The notes below the pieces were generated by a model that was given only the letters and a program-made list of their open reading frames with translations, was not told where the DNA came from and did no database searches. A program made the position numbers and the translations under genes. From the human T2T-CHM13v2.0 reference genome, Homo sapiens, in assembly GCF_009914755.1 (NCBI RefSeq), contig NC_060937.1: a stretch of 64,000 nucleotides of DNA; one strand, written 5' to 3'. Shown one piece after another: positions 53,311 through 64,000 of the stretch (the stretch's first letter is position 1; each line of letters starts with the position of its first letter).

Positions 53311-53975
53311 CTTGAAAGGACAGAAAAAATTATTTGCACATTTTTCAAGGAAAACAATGTGGACACTGCTGAGTTCAATTGCCCTTTTATCATTCAAGTT
53401 CTAAAAACACTGATAAAGCCTCAACTATGGATTATTTACATATGAGCAAAGACACATGACCCACGATAATTCCTTAGGATGTGCAGGAATGATGTGCTTT
53501 TTCTCCAGTTTCTCTTTGTTTACATATTCTGATCAATCTAGAGAAGAAAATAATCATTTGGGAAGTCACATTTTGCACTAATGACCTGCTTTAAGCACCA
53601 CTAATTGAAATAGGGCTGGACAGCTCCAGGGCCCGAGACCTCTCCACAATGGAGGAACACCAGAAGCCATCACGTCCCTGCTGGACCACCACCATCCCTA
53701 CACTCACAAGGGAGAAAGCCCCATTTTAAGAACCTCAGAAATAATGAAAGGAGAAGCAAGGGTGAGTCACATGATGAAAAAACCATGGACCTGAGAATAT
53801 TACCTGTGTTTATCACTGCAACGAAATGATACACATCGGCAATTAGAAAAGTTCGCTGACCCTTAATAAGCCCCTGCACTTTCACTGTGGATAGCAGTTT
53901 TTGTGTACATATTTAGCATCAACATGGGAGGAAAATAACTAGCAGACTTCAGATTCGCAAAAGCCCTTATCATAC

Positions 53976-54067
53976 CGCTGTGCCATGACAGTGCCTGGGA
54001 GAGACAGCTCAATGGGTGTTTGTTGTTTCTTACAAAACCTCATGTTGCTCTGAAGTGCTTCTGTAAT
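53976..54067 (-). CDS. SOHLH2: SOHLH2 coding exon (exon 8 by recall)
   Basis: ttttag|ATT ACA GAA ... CAG CG|gtatg; 92 nt; encodes ITEALQSNMRFCKKQQTPIELSLPGTVMAQ(R); in frame with both neighbours; upstream intron is only 154 nt. Confidence 0.95.
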
Positions 54068-54221
54068 CTAAAAAACACAGAAATATATTTAGGTAGATAC
54101 CGACATTTTTACATAGATACAAAGACACATACTTTCCAATGATAAAAAATTAAAAGAAGTAAAATTGTAGTATTAAAGCATGTCTATAAGGATAAAATTC
54201 AAAGCTTTGGGAGTCAAATAC

Positions 54222-54369
54222 CTGGGCCATAACGGCTGGAGAGATTTTCTCCCGGATATATTTCACATAATCAACTGTTGCCTCAAGAACTGAAGCCGCA
54301 TCATTCTTTCTCCCTTTTACATACGGCAAGAGAGTACGCAGCTGCTCACAGCAATATTTGATTCTTTCC
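54222..54369 (-). CDS. SOHLH2: SOHLH2 coding exon (helix-loop-helix; exon 7 by recall)
   Basis: tgtccag|G GAA AGA ATC ... GCC CAG|gtattt; 148 nt; encodes ERIKYCCEQLRTLLPYVKGRKNDAASVLEATVDYVKYIREKISPAVMAQ, a bHLH helix1-loop-helix2. Confidence 0.97.
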
Positions 54370-55954
54370 CTGGACACAGAATTGCAATACATAAAGAATA
54401 ATTAGTCTCATTGTCTTCATTGTACCCAAAGACAAACAACACTTCCTCCTGGGTATGTTTGTAAAGGAACCATCCCCTCCCTATATAGTCTCCATTTCAG
54501 AGAAAGGCTGTGTCCCCACAAGCCAGCAGCCCTCACAGCCCCTGAAATCACAGCTTCCTGGGGCACCCACGCATACTGCTACACAAAGACCCACTGCCCA
54601 AGTGCACTGTGTGTGCTGATGGCAGCCCCAGCTCTCTCACCTCAGGCCTGCTGCAGAGCGCAGGATGCCCAGTCACCGAGGAAAGCACCCTTCCCACCCC
54701 CTGCTGCCTACGGAAATGTGCAGACCACTCTGCCCTCCGAGCAGAGAATTGTACATGATATAAAAATCCTTTTGCGATTCACACTAGAAGCCTAGAAGGC
54801 AAAGAGCAGTCAGGACCTTCATGTCACTGGGACCTAGACCACATTTCCAACAACAGATCAGCTAGCATCTTGTACCACATGACTTCATGGCCTGAGCAAA
54901 AAGAAAATCAGAAGGCTGCTTCCTTTACATGAGGTAGGTACAGACAGAACGAGCAGACCAGGATGCAGGTATCAGAAAGAAACTAACCTGTCTTTCACAG
55001 CTCTGAAGGGGGATAGGAAATGTAGATCTAACTGACTTAAGCCCTTGGTGGCTTCATTTATCCATGTGTTCCTTTAATAAACATCTTTAAGCACCTGTTT
55101 TGTGCTGAATACTACCTTGACATCTACAGGGTTGAATGGTGGCTCTGCTATTACTAACTGGAACCTTAGGCAAGTTACTAAACCTCTGTAAACACCAGAA
55201 TGGCAGAGAAATTATATTTAAAAACCTAGTTTGACATACGGCCAATGAATAACTCAAATATTCTACATCAGTGGTGTTCTCACTGAGCTCTGAGGAACTC
55301 TGGGGGCTCTGCGGGGGTGTCTCGGGAACTATTCTGGGAAGGGAAGGATAGAAGAGTCAACAATTTGACAACGTGTGTGAAGGGCTTTGAAACTTTTCAC
55401 AGCCTTTGACATGGTTCTTCCACTTACAAGGATCCGTCCTGAGGAGTGAATCTAAAACACAGAGCACAGTATGTATACACAGAAACCCATTAGAGCAATA
55501 TATTAGTAAAATATAGAAAACAACACATAACATAGGAGGATGCCTTAAGTAAGCTGCTGTACATTATTAGTTCAGTAGAATGTCACCTGGCAGTGGAAGT
55601 GAGATGTTATAAAGCTTATTGGGGAAAAGTAGGCCACAAAACAGCATATAAAATATAATCCAAGCCACTAAACAAAGTAGAAGTGAAGCCTAGGAAAAAA
55701 GACTGAAGGCAAAAACATCCAGTACAGTTATTTCTGGATGGCTGGATGATGGATCATTTTTATTCCCTTTATTTTCTACATTTTCCAAATATTTTTTGCT
55801 AGGCATATGTCACATTCAGAATTGAAACTATTGAAATGCTATTAAAATTTTCCAACATTAGAAAAATGTTCGAACATAGAGAAAATTTGAAAGAATTATA
55901 CAGTGAACACCTATACACTTACCACTTAAGAGTCTACAGTTAACATTTACTGTA

Positions 55955-56270
55955 CAGGTTGAGTATCCCTCCCCATAATGCCTGGGGAAGTGTTTAAGAT
56001 TTCAGACTTTTTTGGATTTTGGAATATTTGCATAGACATAATAAGATAGCTTGGGGATGGGACCCAAGGTTTAATACAAAACTCATTTATGTTTTATAAT
56101 ATATATATATAGCCTGAAGGAAATTTTATACAATATTTGTACCTGAAACAAAGTTTGTACACACTGAACCATCAGAAAGAAAAGGTGCCACTATCTCATG
56201 TCAGTGCTGAAAAAGTTTGATTTTGGAACATTTCAGATTTCAGATTTTCAGATTAGAGATGCTCAACTAG
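55955..56270 (+). mobile_element. Tigger4 (Zombi)-derived MITE
   Basis: TIRs caggttgagtatccct / agagatgctcaactag flanked by TA. Confidence 0.85.
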
Positions 56271-57519
56271 TATCTGCTTTATTATATATGTGTCATCCCA
56301 CTATTCATACATTAACATATTTACATATATTAAAGCAAGGTAAGTTGTAGACATAAGCACATTACACTCCTAAATGTATCAGTAGCTCAAATTACTTTAT
56401 TTTCAGGTAAACACTACATAAAACAAAAATGCACAATGAGTCCCATTCTATGAGTTTGGACAAATACATACAACTGTATGTATTTGAAATATATATGTAA
56501 CGAAAATCCTAATCACACATGAAAATCCATTATCACAAACCCAGAAAGGCCCTTGTTTCTTCCCAGTCAATACCATCCCCTAACCCCATAAAGCAACTAC
56601 AATTCTAGTATTTTTTTTCCATACCACATCACTTTTGCCTGTCCTCAAATAGCATATAAATAAAATCTTACAGCATGTATTCTTTTGTAAAGCTTCTTTC
56701 ACTCAGCTTTAATGTTTCTGGGATTTATCTATGGGGCTAACCATATCAGCAGTTTGCTCCTTTTCACTGAGCAACAGTATTCAAAAATATATAAATATGC
56801 CACAGCTTACTTATCCATTCTCTTATTGATGAACACTTGGGCTGTTACCAGTTTTGGGTTATTACAAATAAGGATGCTAGAACATTCTAGATGTCTTTTT
56901 ATGAATGCATGGTTTTATTTCTCTTGGGTAATATCTAGGAATAGAAATGATGGGCCATTTTATAAGTTTATAAAAACAGGCAGAACTCTTACCACACCAA
57001 GGGAGTACCATTTTACACTTCCACCATCAATGTATCAGACCTCTTGTTCCAAATCTTTGATGATATTTAATATCATCAGTAGTTTTCATTTTAGCATTTT
57101 GGCCTTTCTGGGGCATACACAGTAGTATCCATTATGTTTTAATCTGCATTTCCCTGACAGCTAATGATGTTGAGCACTTTTTCCTGTGTCTTTTGGGCAC
57201 TTGTATAGCTTCCTTTGTCAAGCGTCCATGCAGATATTTTACCTACATTTTAATTGAATTGCAGGTCTTTTTATTTTTTAGTTTTAGCAATTCTTTACAT
57301 ATCTTGGATACCAGGATTTGTCAGATATCTGTTTGGCAAATATTTTCTCCCAATCTGCGGCTTTCGTATTTATTTTCTTAAAACTTTTTGATAGCAAAAG
57401 TTTTAAATTTTGATAAATCCAATTTATTTACTCTCTCTCTCTCATGGTTATTGCTTTCTATGTCCTGTCTAAAGAACATCTGCGTACTCTCAGCTCATGA
57501 AGACATTCTATTTTCTTGT

Positions 57520-57735
57520 AGAACTGTAATGTCCAATACAGTAGTCAATAGACGTGAGTCTATTTAAATATAATAAATATAAATTAATATTACATATATT
57601 AAAAATTCTTTTCCTAAGTTGCAATAGCCACATTTCGAATACTCAATAACCACATGTTGCTAGTGGCTACTGTATGAGATGATGAAGATATAATTTTTAA
57701 CACAGCAGAAGATTCAACTGAATAGTGTCATCCTA
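57520..57735 (-). mobile_element. MER3-like hAT MITE
   Basis: tgtccaatacagtag...tagccacatttcgaatactcaataaccacatgttgctagtggctactgta. Confidence 0.7.
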
Positions 57736-58894
57736 GAAGCTCTATAATTTTAGCTTTATAGTACAGCTCTGAGTATGCTCCATCTTGAAATAATTTTTTA
57801 TATGGTGTGAAGTAAGGGGTCAAGGTTGATTCTCTTTCCAGATGGATATCTAGTTGTTCCAGCATCATTTATTAAAAAGATTTTCTGTCCCAAAATATTT
57901 GCTTTGGTGCTTTTGTTGAAAATCAAATGACTATAAATATGTGGATCCAGTGCTGGGCTATTGTGTTCCATTGATCTATTTGTCAACTTTTATGCCAGTT
58001 ACCTACTGGTGATTGTAGCTTTAGGGTAAGTCTTGAAGTCAAGATAGTTTAAGTCCTTCTACTTTGTTGTACTTTTGCAAAATTGCTTTGGATATTCTAA
58101 GTCCTTTTCACACATTGTAAAATCATCTTGTCAATTTTTATGGAAAAAAACTTGCTGGGATTATGATTTGGATTCAAATAAAGTTATGTTTCAATTTGGT
58201 GAGAACTGAGATCTTAACAATAGTGAGTCTTTCAATTCATAATTATGGTATAATTCATGATTTAGTTTTTATTTAACTTTTCATAGTAACATTTTGAATG
58301 ATCAATGTACAGATCATTTGTTTTTTTTTTTTTGCATATTTGTTCCTAAGTATCCTAAAGCTATTTTATTCTACTTTAAATGTCATAATATTTATATTTT
58401 CATTTTATAATTATTTGCTGTTAATATATAAAATACCATTGATTTTTGTACCTTATCTTCTGTAACCCTGTTATAGTCATTCTTTGGTTCCAGTAGCTGT
58501 TTTGTAAACGTCTTAGGACTTTGACTTTATACCCAATCATGCCATCTACATATAGTAAGCCAGTTTTCCTTCTTCCTTTCTAATGTGTATGTCTATTTCT
58601 TTATCTTGCCTAATTGCAATGGCTAGGATTATTTATTTGATAATGAACAGAAATGGTAAGAATGGGCACCCTTAGTTTGTTCCTGATCTTTTTAAGGAGC
58701 AGTCAACATGTTATCACTAAGTACAATGTTAGTTATAAGTTTTTTATAGATGCCTTTTAACAAATTGAGGAAGTTATCTTCCACATCTATTTGCTGAAAG
58801 ATATTTGTTTTTTAATGATAATGGTATATTGAGCATTGTCAAATATTTTTTCAGAATTTGTTAATCACATGGTTTTTCTCCTTTATTCTGTTAA

Positions 58895-59213
<319 letters not shown>

Positions 59214-59966
59214 AATTGGTTGATTTTTGAATGTCATACCAGTCTTGCTTTTCTAGGATGAACCCCTGATGTGGTCATATTATATCTTTATATATTTCTT
59301 GATTTAATTTGCTAAAATTATGTTAAGTGTTTTTGTTTTTATGTTCATGAGGGATACTGGTCTGTAATTTTCTTTATAAATAATGTCTTTGTCAGGCTTA
59401 GGGTTATGTTGTTCCCATGAAAGGGGTTAGGAAGTATTCCCTCCTCCCACTTCTGTAAGAACGTGTTTAAGATTAGTATTACTTCTTTAAATGCTTGCTG
59501 AAATTCATTGGTAAAACCACCTGAGTGTTTTCTCTTTGGTAAGGTTTTGATAACAAGTTCAATTTTGTTAAACATAGAGCTATTCCGACTTTCTGCTTCA
59601 TCTGGTATCAGTTTTGATAAATTGTGATTTTCAAGAATTTATCCAGTACATCTAGGTTGTAGAATCTACTGGCATAAAATTGTTCAAAGTATACTCTTTT
59701 GTATTTAAATATTTAGAGTAGCTATCATGATCATCCCTCTTTCATTCATGATTGTGATATATTGTGTCTGTCTCCCAGCCTCCTCCCCCTTCACCACCCC
59801 ACTTATTTGGGTTTATTTTGTTTTACTTTGTCTTGCTTCCTAAGATGGAACCTTATATTACTGATTTTTAGGCCTTTTGCCTTATCTAATATAAGCATTT
59901 AAAGCCACAGTGTTTTCCCTAAACTTTGTTGTAGTTTACTTAAAAACTTTGATATATTGCATTCTC

Positions 59967-60050
59967 TCTTTTTAAATTTAAAGTTCCAGGATACATGTGC
60001 AGTACATGCAGGTTTGTTACATAGCTAGACGTGTGCCATAGTGGTTTGCT
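59967..60050 (-). mobile_element. Very short L1PA 3' end
   Basis: aagttccaggatacatgtgcagtacatgcaggtttgttacatag...gtggtttgctg, with degenerate TSD gatatatt...ttctc on both sides. Confidence 0.8.
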
Positions 60051-61809
60051 GATATATTTTGTTCTCAATAGATTCACTTTGAAATATTTTCTAATTTTTC
60101 TTGTGATTTTTTTTTTTTGTTTTACCCATGGATTACTTAGAAGTTTTTTTTTTTTTAATTTCCATATATTTAAGACTTCCCTTTAAATCTTACTCTTACT
60201 GATTTCTAATTTAATTTCGTTGTGGTCAGGGAACACATCTTTATTAATTCAACTCTTTTGAATGTTTTGAAGCTTCTTATATCCCCACCGGTATGCAGTC
60301 TATCTAAGTGACTGTACCATGTGCCACTGAGAAGGAGTCTTCTGCTGCAGTTGTTGGGAGTGTTACTCTATAAATATTCATGAGATTGAGGTGGTTAGCG
60401 GTGTTCACATCTTCTAGAGCTTACTGATTTTCTGGTGTCCAGTTGTATAAATTGCTGAGAGAGGAGTGTTAAATCTCCAGCAATTGTTTTAAAATTATCT
60501 ATTTGTCCATTTAATTCTGTAAATTTTTGATCCAAATATTTTGAAGTTCTTATCACATGCTATTTGTGATTTTAATATCATTCTGAAAAGTTGACGCTTG
60601 TATCATTATAAATTGCCCCTCTTTACCGCAGGTAATACTGTTTGTCTTCAAGTCTACTTTATTTGATATTAAAATAGCCTATCTGACTTTCTTATACTTC
60701 CTGTTTCCACAATGGATATATTTCTATTAATTTATTTTTTTATATTTAAAGCTTCTCTGTTACAGACAGTAGATAGCTGGGTCTTAGGTTTTGTTTGTTT
60801 TTATCTATTCTGAAAACTTCTGCCTATAAGTTGGATATAGTTGGATAAAGGTCTACCATACCTTTTTTTCCCTCTGTAGTCTCTTTTGCTTTTTTATTCT
60901 TCTGTTCCTCCTTTCCTTCCTTCATTTTAAAATATTTTTAAAAATCCAATTTTAATTTATCTTTTGGCTTCACAGCAATGCATTTTGCCTATCTCTTTAG
61001 GGTTGCTCTAGGGATTACAATATATATCTGAAGTTTTCATAGTCTAGAGTTAATACTTTATGACATCACATAAAATGTATAACTGCAGAAGTTATGCAAG
61101 TGCATTTATCCCACTCATTCTTCATGTAATAGTCATATGTACTATAGCTACATATGTTATAAACCCCATGATACATTGCTATAATTCTTGCTTATAACAG
61201 TTTTAAGTATTTTAAATAGTTTAAAATGAAAAATGTTTGTTTTTGCTCAGACATTTATCATTTCTGGTGCTATGTAGTCCTTCTAGTGATTCGAGTTTCC
61301 ATTTGTTATTATTTCCCTTCCGCCTGAAGAATTTCCTTCAGCTTTCTTACTCTGCAGGTCCACTGGTGTCAAAATATCTAAGTTGTCTTTTATCTGAAAA
61401 TGTCTTTATCTTACATGAAGATAAAGGGAAATAATATCTGATGGAAATATGATTTGCACAAACAAGTGAAGAGTCTAAGACATGATAAATATGGTGGCAT
61501 ACATTAAAGGGTAGTTTTCTAATTTATTAATGTTTTAAAAACCAATAGTATATATTTATTTGACAGGCCTAGAGCAGCTGTATACTGCTAAGATTTCTAC
61601 TACAGAGGCAAGAAAAAAGTGTCCTTGTACTTTATGTCCCTTTGATTGTGGCAGCCAAGACTGAGTGGGGAAATGCAGGAGCAAAAGATGGTAATACAGG
61701 GAAATTCATGGGGAGAGAATTTTTGCAACTCAGACAAAATCTTGTATACAGTGAAGAGCCTGTTCTACTGCAAACAAGAATCTGAAATTTGGGTTAAAAA
61801 GATAAGAGT

Positions 61810-62330
61810 TAAGATTAAAGTCACTGAAAATTACTTATTTCTCCAACGAAGAGTCAGGGTCCATTTCCTCTCCTCTTGAATCTTCACTGGCCTGTGCCCG
61901 CTTTAATCAAAAGATATCTGGAGAGTGACTCTATGACAGTTCTGGGACCAGCATTTCAGAAGATGTAGCTTTCACACTGGTCTCATGGAATCCTAAGCCT
62001 TCATGTAAGAGGTCCTTCTAGCTTGCTGGAGATACCATGTGGAGAAGTGATGAGACCACAGGGAAGAACAGCCCATTTGAGCACAACCTGCAGCCACACC
62101 CACCAGAAGACCACATGTGTGGATGACGCTGCGCTGGAATCTCCAGACAGGCCAGTTTTGCTGGCTGAACATCACGGAGTGCCATGGTTAACACCACACT
62201 GAGAAGAATCACAGAGCCAAGCTCTGCCCAAACTGGTGACTCACAAAATCATGAGATATGATAAACAGTTTGTTGATTTCCACTACCAAGTTTCAGAGTA
62301 ATCTGTTGTACAGTATTAGATAACTGGGCG
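61810..62330 (+). mobile_element. MLT1-type MaLR LTR
   Basis: ggtccatttcctctcctcttgaatct...gccttcatgtaagaggtcc...gtaatctgttgtacagtattagataac. Confidence 0.7.
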
Positions 62331-62377
62331 ACAGCTTACTGTTTAAGCAAAACAAATAACAATGCTGGGTTGATAAC

Positions 62378-62789
62378 TGATGTGGCTTGGATGTTTTGTC
62401 CCCTCCAAATCTTATGGTGAAATGTGATGCCCAATGTTGGAGGTGGAACCTGGTGGGAGGTGTTAAATCATGGGGGCACTCTAGGGCTTAGCTTAGCGCC
62501 ATCCCCTTGGTGATGAGTGAGTTCTCACTCAGTTCATGCAAGATCTGGTGGTTTAAAAGAGTTTGGGGCCTCTCCTTTCTCTCTCTCTTGCTCCTCCTCT
62601 TGCTATGTGACACATTGGCTCCACTTTGCCTCCTGCCATGATTGTAAGCTTCCTGAGGGCTCACCAGAAACAGAAGCTGCTATGCTTCCTGTACAGCCTG
62701 CAGAATCACGAGTCAATTAAACCTCTTTTCTTTATAAATTACTCAGTCTCTGGTATTTCTTTATAGCAACACAAGAATGGACTAACACA
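62378..62789 (+). mobile_element. MST (MSTA/B) solo LTR
   Basis: Starts TGATGTGGCTTGGATGTTTTGTCCCCTCCAAATC and ends GGACTAACACA; 5-bp TSD ataac at 62373-62377 and 62790-62794. Confidence 0.93.
62661..62697 (-). CDS. SOHLH2: Probable alternative SOHLH2 exon derived from an antisense MST LTR (coding part, (R)LYRKHSSFCFW*)
   Basis: tttaattgactcgtgattctgcag|G CTG TAC AGG AAG CAT AGC AGC TTC TGT TTC TGG TGA; same phase as the 54369 acceptor; matches my unverified recall of a short SOHLH2 isoform C-terminus. Confidence 0.65.
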
Positions 62790-63958
62790 ATAACATATGT
62801 AAAAGTAAAATGTATGACAACAATAAGAAAAAATGAAAGAAGGTAAATAGAAATATGCTGTTGTATTTTAAGGGCATAATATCAATTCAAGGTAGATTAT
62901 GATAAGTTAAAGATGCATATCATAATCCCTAGAGCAACCAATAAAAAATAGTTACAGCTAAAAAGTCAATGAAAGAGATAAAAAGAAATGCTAAAGTATA
63001 CCTGATAAATCCAAAGGAAGGCAGGTAATGAGAATAAAAGGAAAAAGAAAATAGATTAGACTAATGAACACAAATAGAAAAATTGTGAACCTAAAACCGC
63101 ACTTAACAGTAAGTATATTATATGAAAACGAACAACAGAGATTGTCAGAATGAGTAAAAAATAACAACAAGATTCAACGACATGCTATTTACAAGGGACA
63201 CTCTTTAAATATAAAGACATATACAGATTAGAAAAAAACCATGCAAATACTAATCACAAGAAAGCTATATTAATATCAAAGTAGATTTTTTAAGACAGGG
63301 AGTACTAGCATAGAAAAATTAGCATTATCATTTCCTTAGGATAAGTGGGTCAATTCAGCAAGAAGACAGGCATCTAACAACAGAATCTCAAACTACATGA
63401 AGCAAAAACTCTCAGGAAGAAAGGGAAAAAGAGTTGTCACTGAAAAACTTAACCCTCAAAAAATCAGTAAGGGAGCAGAATATATGAAAAACACTATTGA
63501 CTAATTCTACCTCATTAATATTTATAGAATACTACACCCCCCAAACAGAAGAATACAGTCTTTTCAAATGCATATAGAACATTCATCAAGGGAGAACATG
63601 CTTTGGGCCATAAAACAAGTTTCAGAAAATAACAAAGGACAGAAACTTTACAAAGCATGTTTTCAGATGACAGCATAATTAAATTATAAATCAATACCTA
63701 GAAAGTCTCCAAACATTCAAGTTAAGTTATACACTTCTAAACAGTGAAAAGACTTACTAGTGAAAAGAAAAAAATCACAAGGGATATGAGAAAATATTTT
63801 GAACTGAATGATAGTGGAAATATATCAAAGTTGATGAGATGCAGCTGAAGCAATGCTTAGAGAAAAACTTTTATAAAGGAAAAGTTTTAGCTTTAAGTGC
63901 TTATATTAGAAAAGAAGAAAAGGTTAAAATCAATGATGGAAGTTTCTACCTAGAAAGA

Positions 63959-63960
<2 letters not shown>

Positions 63961-64000
<40 letters not shown>
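63961..64000 (-). repeat. Poly(T) of at least 40 nt running off the window; probably the tail of a reverse-oriented Alu/L1
   Basis: 40 uninterrupted T at the window end. Confidence 0.85.

Larger units (their letters stand above)
61418..63960 (+). mobile_element. Old L1M (inter-ORF region / ORF2 5' part), interrupted by the MLT1 and MST LTRs
   Basis: gataagttaaagatgcatatcataatccctagagcaacca and ctatattaatatcaaagtagatt are L1M motifs. Confidence 0.75.

Overview
Primate (human-like) genomic DNA: about half interspersed repeats (Alu, L1, L2, MIR, MaLR LTRs, Tigger/hAT MITEs), with parts of two genes, both on the minus strand. (1) The 5' end of DCLK1: a CpG-island promoter with non-coding exon 1 (about 10620-10885) and exon 2 (5268-5662), which carries the start codon and most of the first doublecortin domain. 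(2) The 3' end of the germ-cell bHLH gene SOHLH2: five coding exons (54369 down to 48534) whose reading frame I followed through canonical GT-AG junctions, plus the 3' UTR and poly(A) signal (47737-47742). Gene names, exon numbers and repeat subfamilies come from my recall of human sequences, not from a search. I found no evidence of a new multi-gene system. The best leads are local: an antisense MST LTR that supplies an in-phase alternative SOHLH2 exon truncating the bHLH domain; a perfect 48-bp non-transposon direct repeat bracketing DCLK1 exon 2; a DCLK1 uORF in frame with the main ORF and separated from it by a single TAG; an orphan CpG island at about 34.3-34.8 kb; and a head-to-head L1 junction with a small palindrome at its centre.
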